Part shown: one piece after another, positions 62,910 through 63,999 of the stretch
How positions within the stretch are numbered: position 1 is the stretch's first letter
How the letters are laid out: the number at the start of each line of letters is the position of its first letter
Source of the DNA: Dicyema japonicum
Lineage: Eukaryota; Animalia; Dicyemida
DNA length: 63,999 nucleotides
NCBI GenBank assembly: GCA_011109175.1
Contig: RDEW01000031.1
Coordinates: forward strand, 529,217 to 593,215
Direction: 5' to 3'
Notes under the pieces: generated by a model
What the model saw: only the letters and a program-made list of their open reading frames with translations
What the model was told of the DNA's origin: nothing
The model's database searches: none
Made by a program: the position numbers and the translations under genes

Positions 62910-63539
62910 TATGCGGGGGAAAAGCTAATATTGAATTAAACTTACTTTATTATTTTTATCCTTATATTCAATCAGTATTCTCGCATTTAACATTGCATTT
63001 ATTTCACCATTTGGACTACGACTGACCCACGATGTATTGTATTTCAAAATTAAGGGTGAGCATAAATGTTCTAAATTCAATTAATACCATCAATACGTAG
63101 AATTACTGGACTTATCAAAATAATTAATAATTCATATGCATATAAGGATACGGTCATTTATAGGTTAATTATTTTATAAAAATAATTTAATAAATAAATA
63201 AAATTATTAACAACTAAATCCAGTAAATATCATAATTAAGCAGAATTTCAATCCAAATTGTTGGTAATCACTAGAGCGATTTTTTGACTTTATGACAAAG
63301 TTATCTAGAAAAATATTTTGTTAAATATAAATAAGCTAACCAAAAACTTTATTAAAATATAGAATAATGTAATTCAAATCGTTTCAGGTTAAAAACTTTG
63401 GTTTTAGATAATAAGTTTAAACCAATAAAAATCTTTATGAATAATCATGTGGAAGGAGATTTTTTGAATAGTCGTATATTATATTGTTTTTCTATTTTTG
63501 TAATAGAAATACATTCACATTTATTTATATCGATTTCTT

Positions 63540-63999
63540 AGATCAAACCAATTTTTGGCTTCTCAATAGAATTAATCAGTCCTTTCTCCTGGACTTATCT
63601 GATAGTCTTTATATTAACTTGAGTTAGATCCATCTTGAACTAGAAATATAGGAATCTAGCGATCGTGGTTATATGTGTTTTCTTTTTTTTAAAGACAAGC
63701 AAAATTCCATTCTTACTAAGCGAAATATCCGATTTTTTCCATATCAGACAAAAACTGATACGACATCCACTCACTCTTGTGGACAATCAAACTAAGCTCC
63801 CTTTCCAATTTAGTCCGACTAACATATAATCTTTCCTTGTTTGCGGGCTTCAGCTGAATTTTATACTCTTACAAAACACGTCGAATATCCAAATCTATAT
63901 TCTCAAACTCCTTTGGTTCAATATTAACCAATATTGTGATAATATTTATTTATGGCTCTAAACAGGTTTACTGTATTGAGCTTTGTATGCACCAAGTTT
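63540..63999 (-). mobile_element. NeSL/R4-like LINE post-RT region
   Basis: NLFRAINKY, NIEPKEFENID, KPANKERLYV. Confidence 0.7.

Overview
This is an AT-rich, repeat-dominated eukaryotic nuclear window from a draft assembly with N gaps and many single-N junctions. Four host genes splice into intact frames: the PP2A scaffold A subunit, an eIF4A-family DEAD-box helicase, DDRGK1/UFBP1 and a CREC-like ER EF-hand protein. Two more look lesioned (mitochondrial GrpE, Seh1), there is one long unidentified multi-exon gene, and there is a U6 snRNA gene. Essentially every well-supported intron is only 21-29 nt, and many sit at positions I recall from the human orthologues. Together with a metazoan-type U6, this suggests a dicyemid-like animal parasite (inference, not proven). 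The rest is decayed mobile DNA: I/Jockey-like LINEs carrying 2A-like motifs, RTE, CR1-like, CRE-like and NeSL/R4-like (restriction-like endonuclease) LINEs, two tRNA-derived SINE families (one nested in the other with an 11-bp TSD), a Mutator element with tandem-repeat TIRs interrupted by a second foldback element, and pogo and Tc1/IS630-like remnants. The most interesting leads are length-governed splicing of micro-introns, a U6 with a minimal 5' stem-loop, a four-hairpin candidate ncRNA at 57192-57342, a LINE/SINE system sharing a GGGGTT(AAT)n 3' end, and loss of the DDRGK motif. Repeat boundaries are approximate unless a TSD or TIR is quoted.
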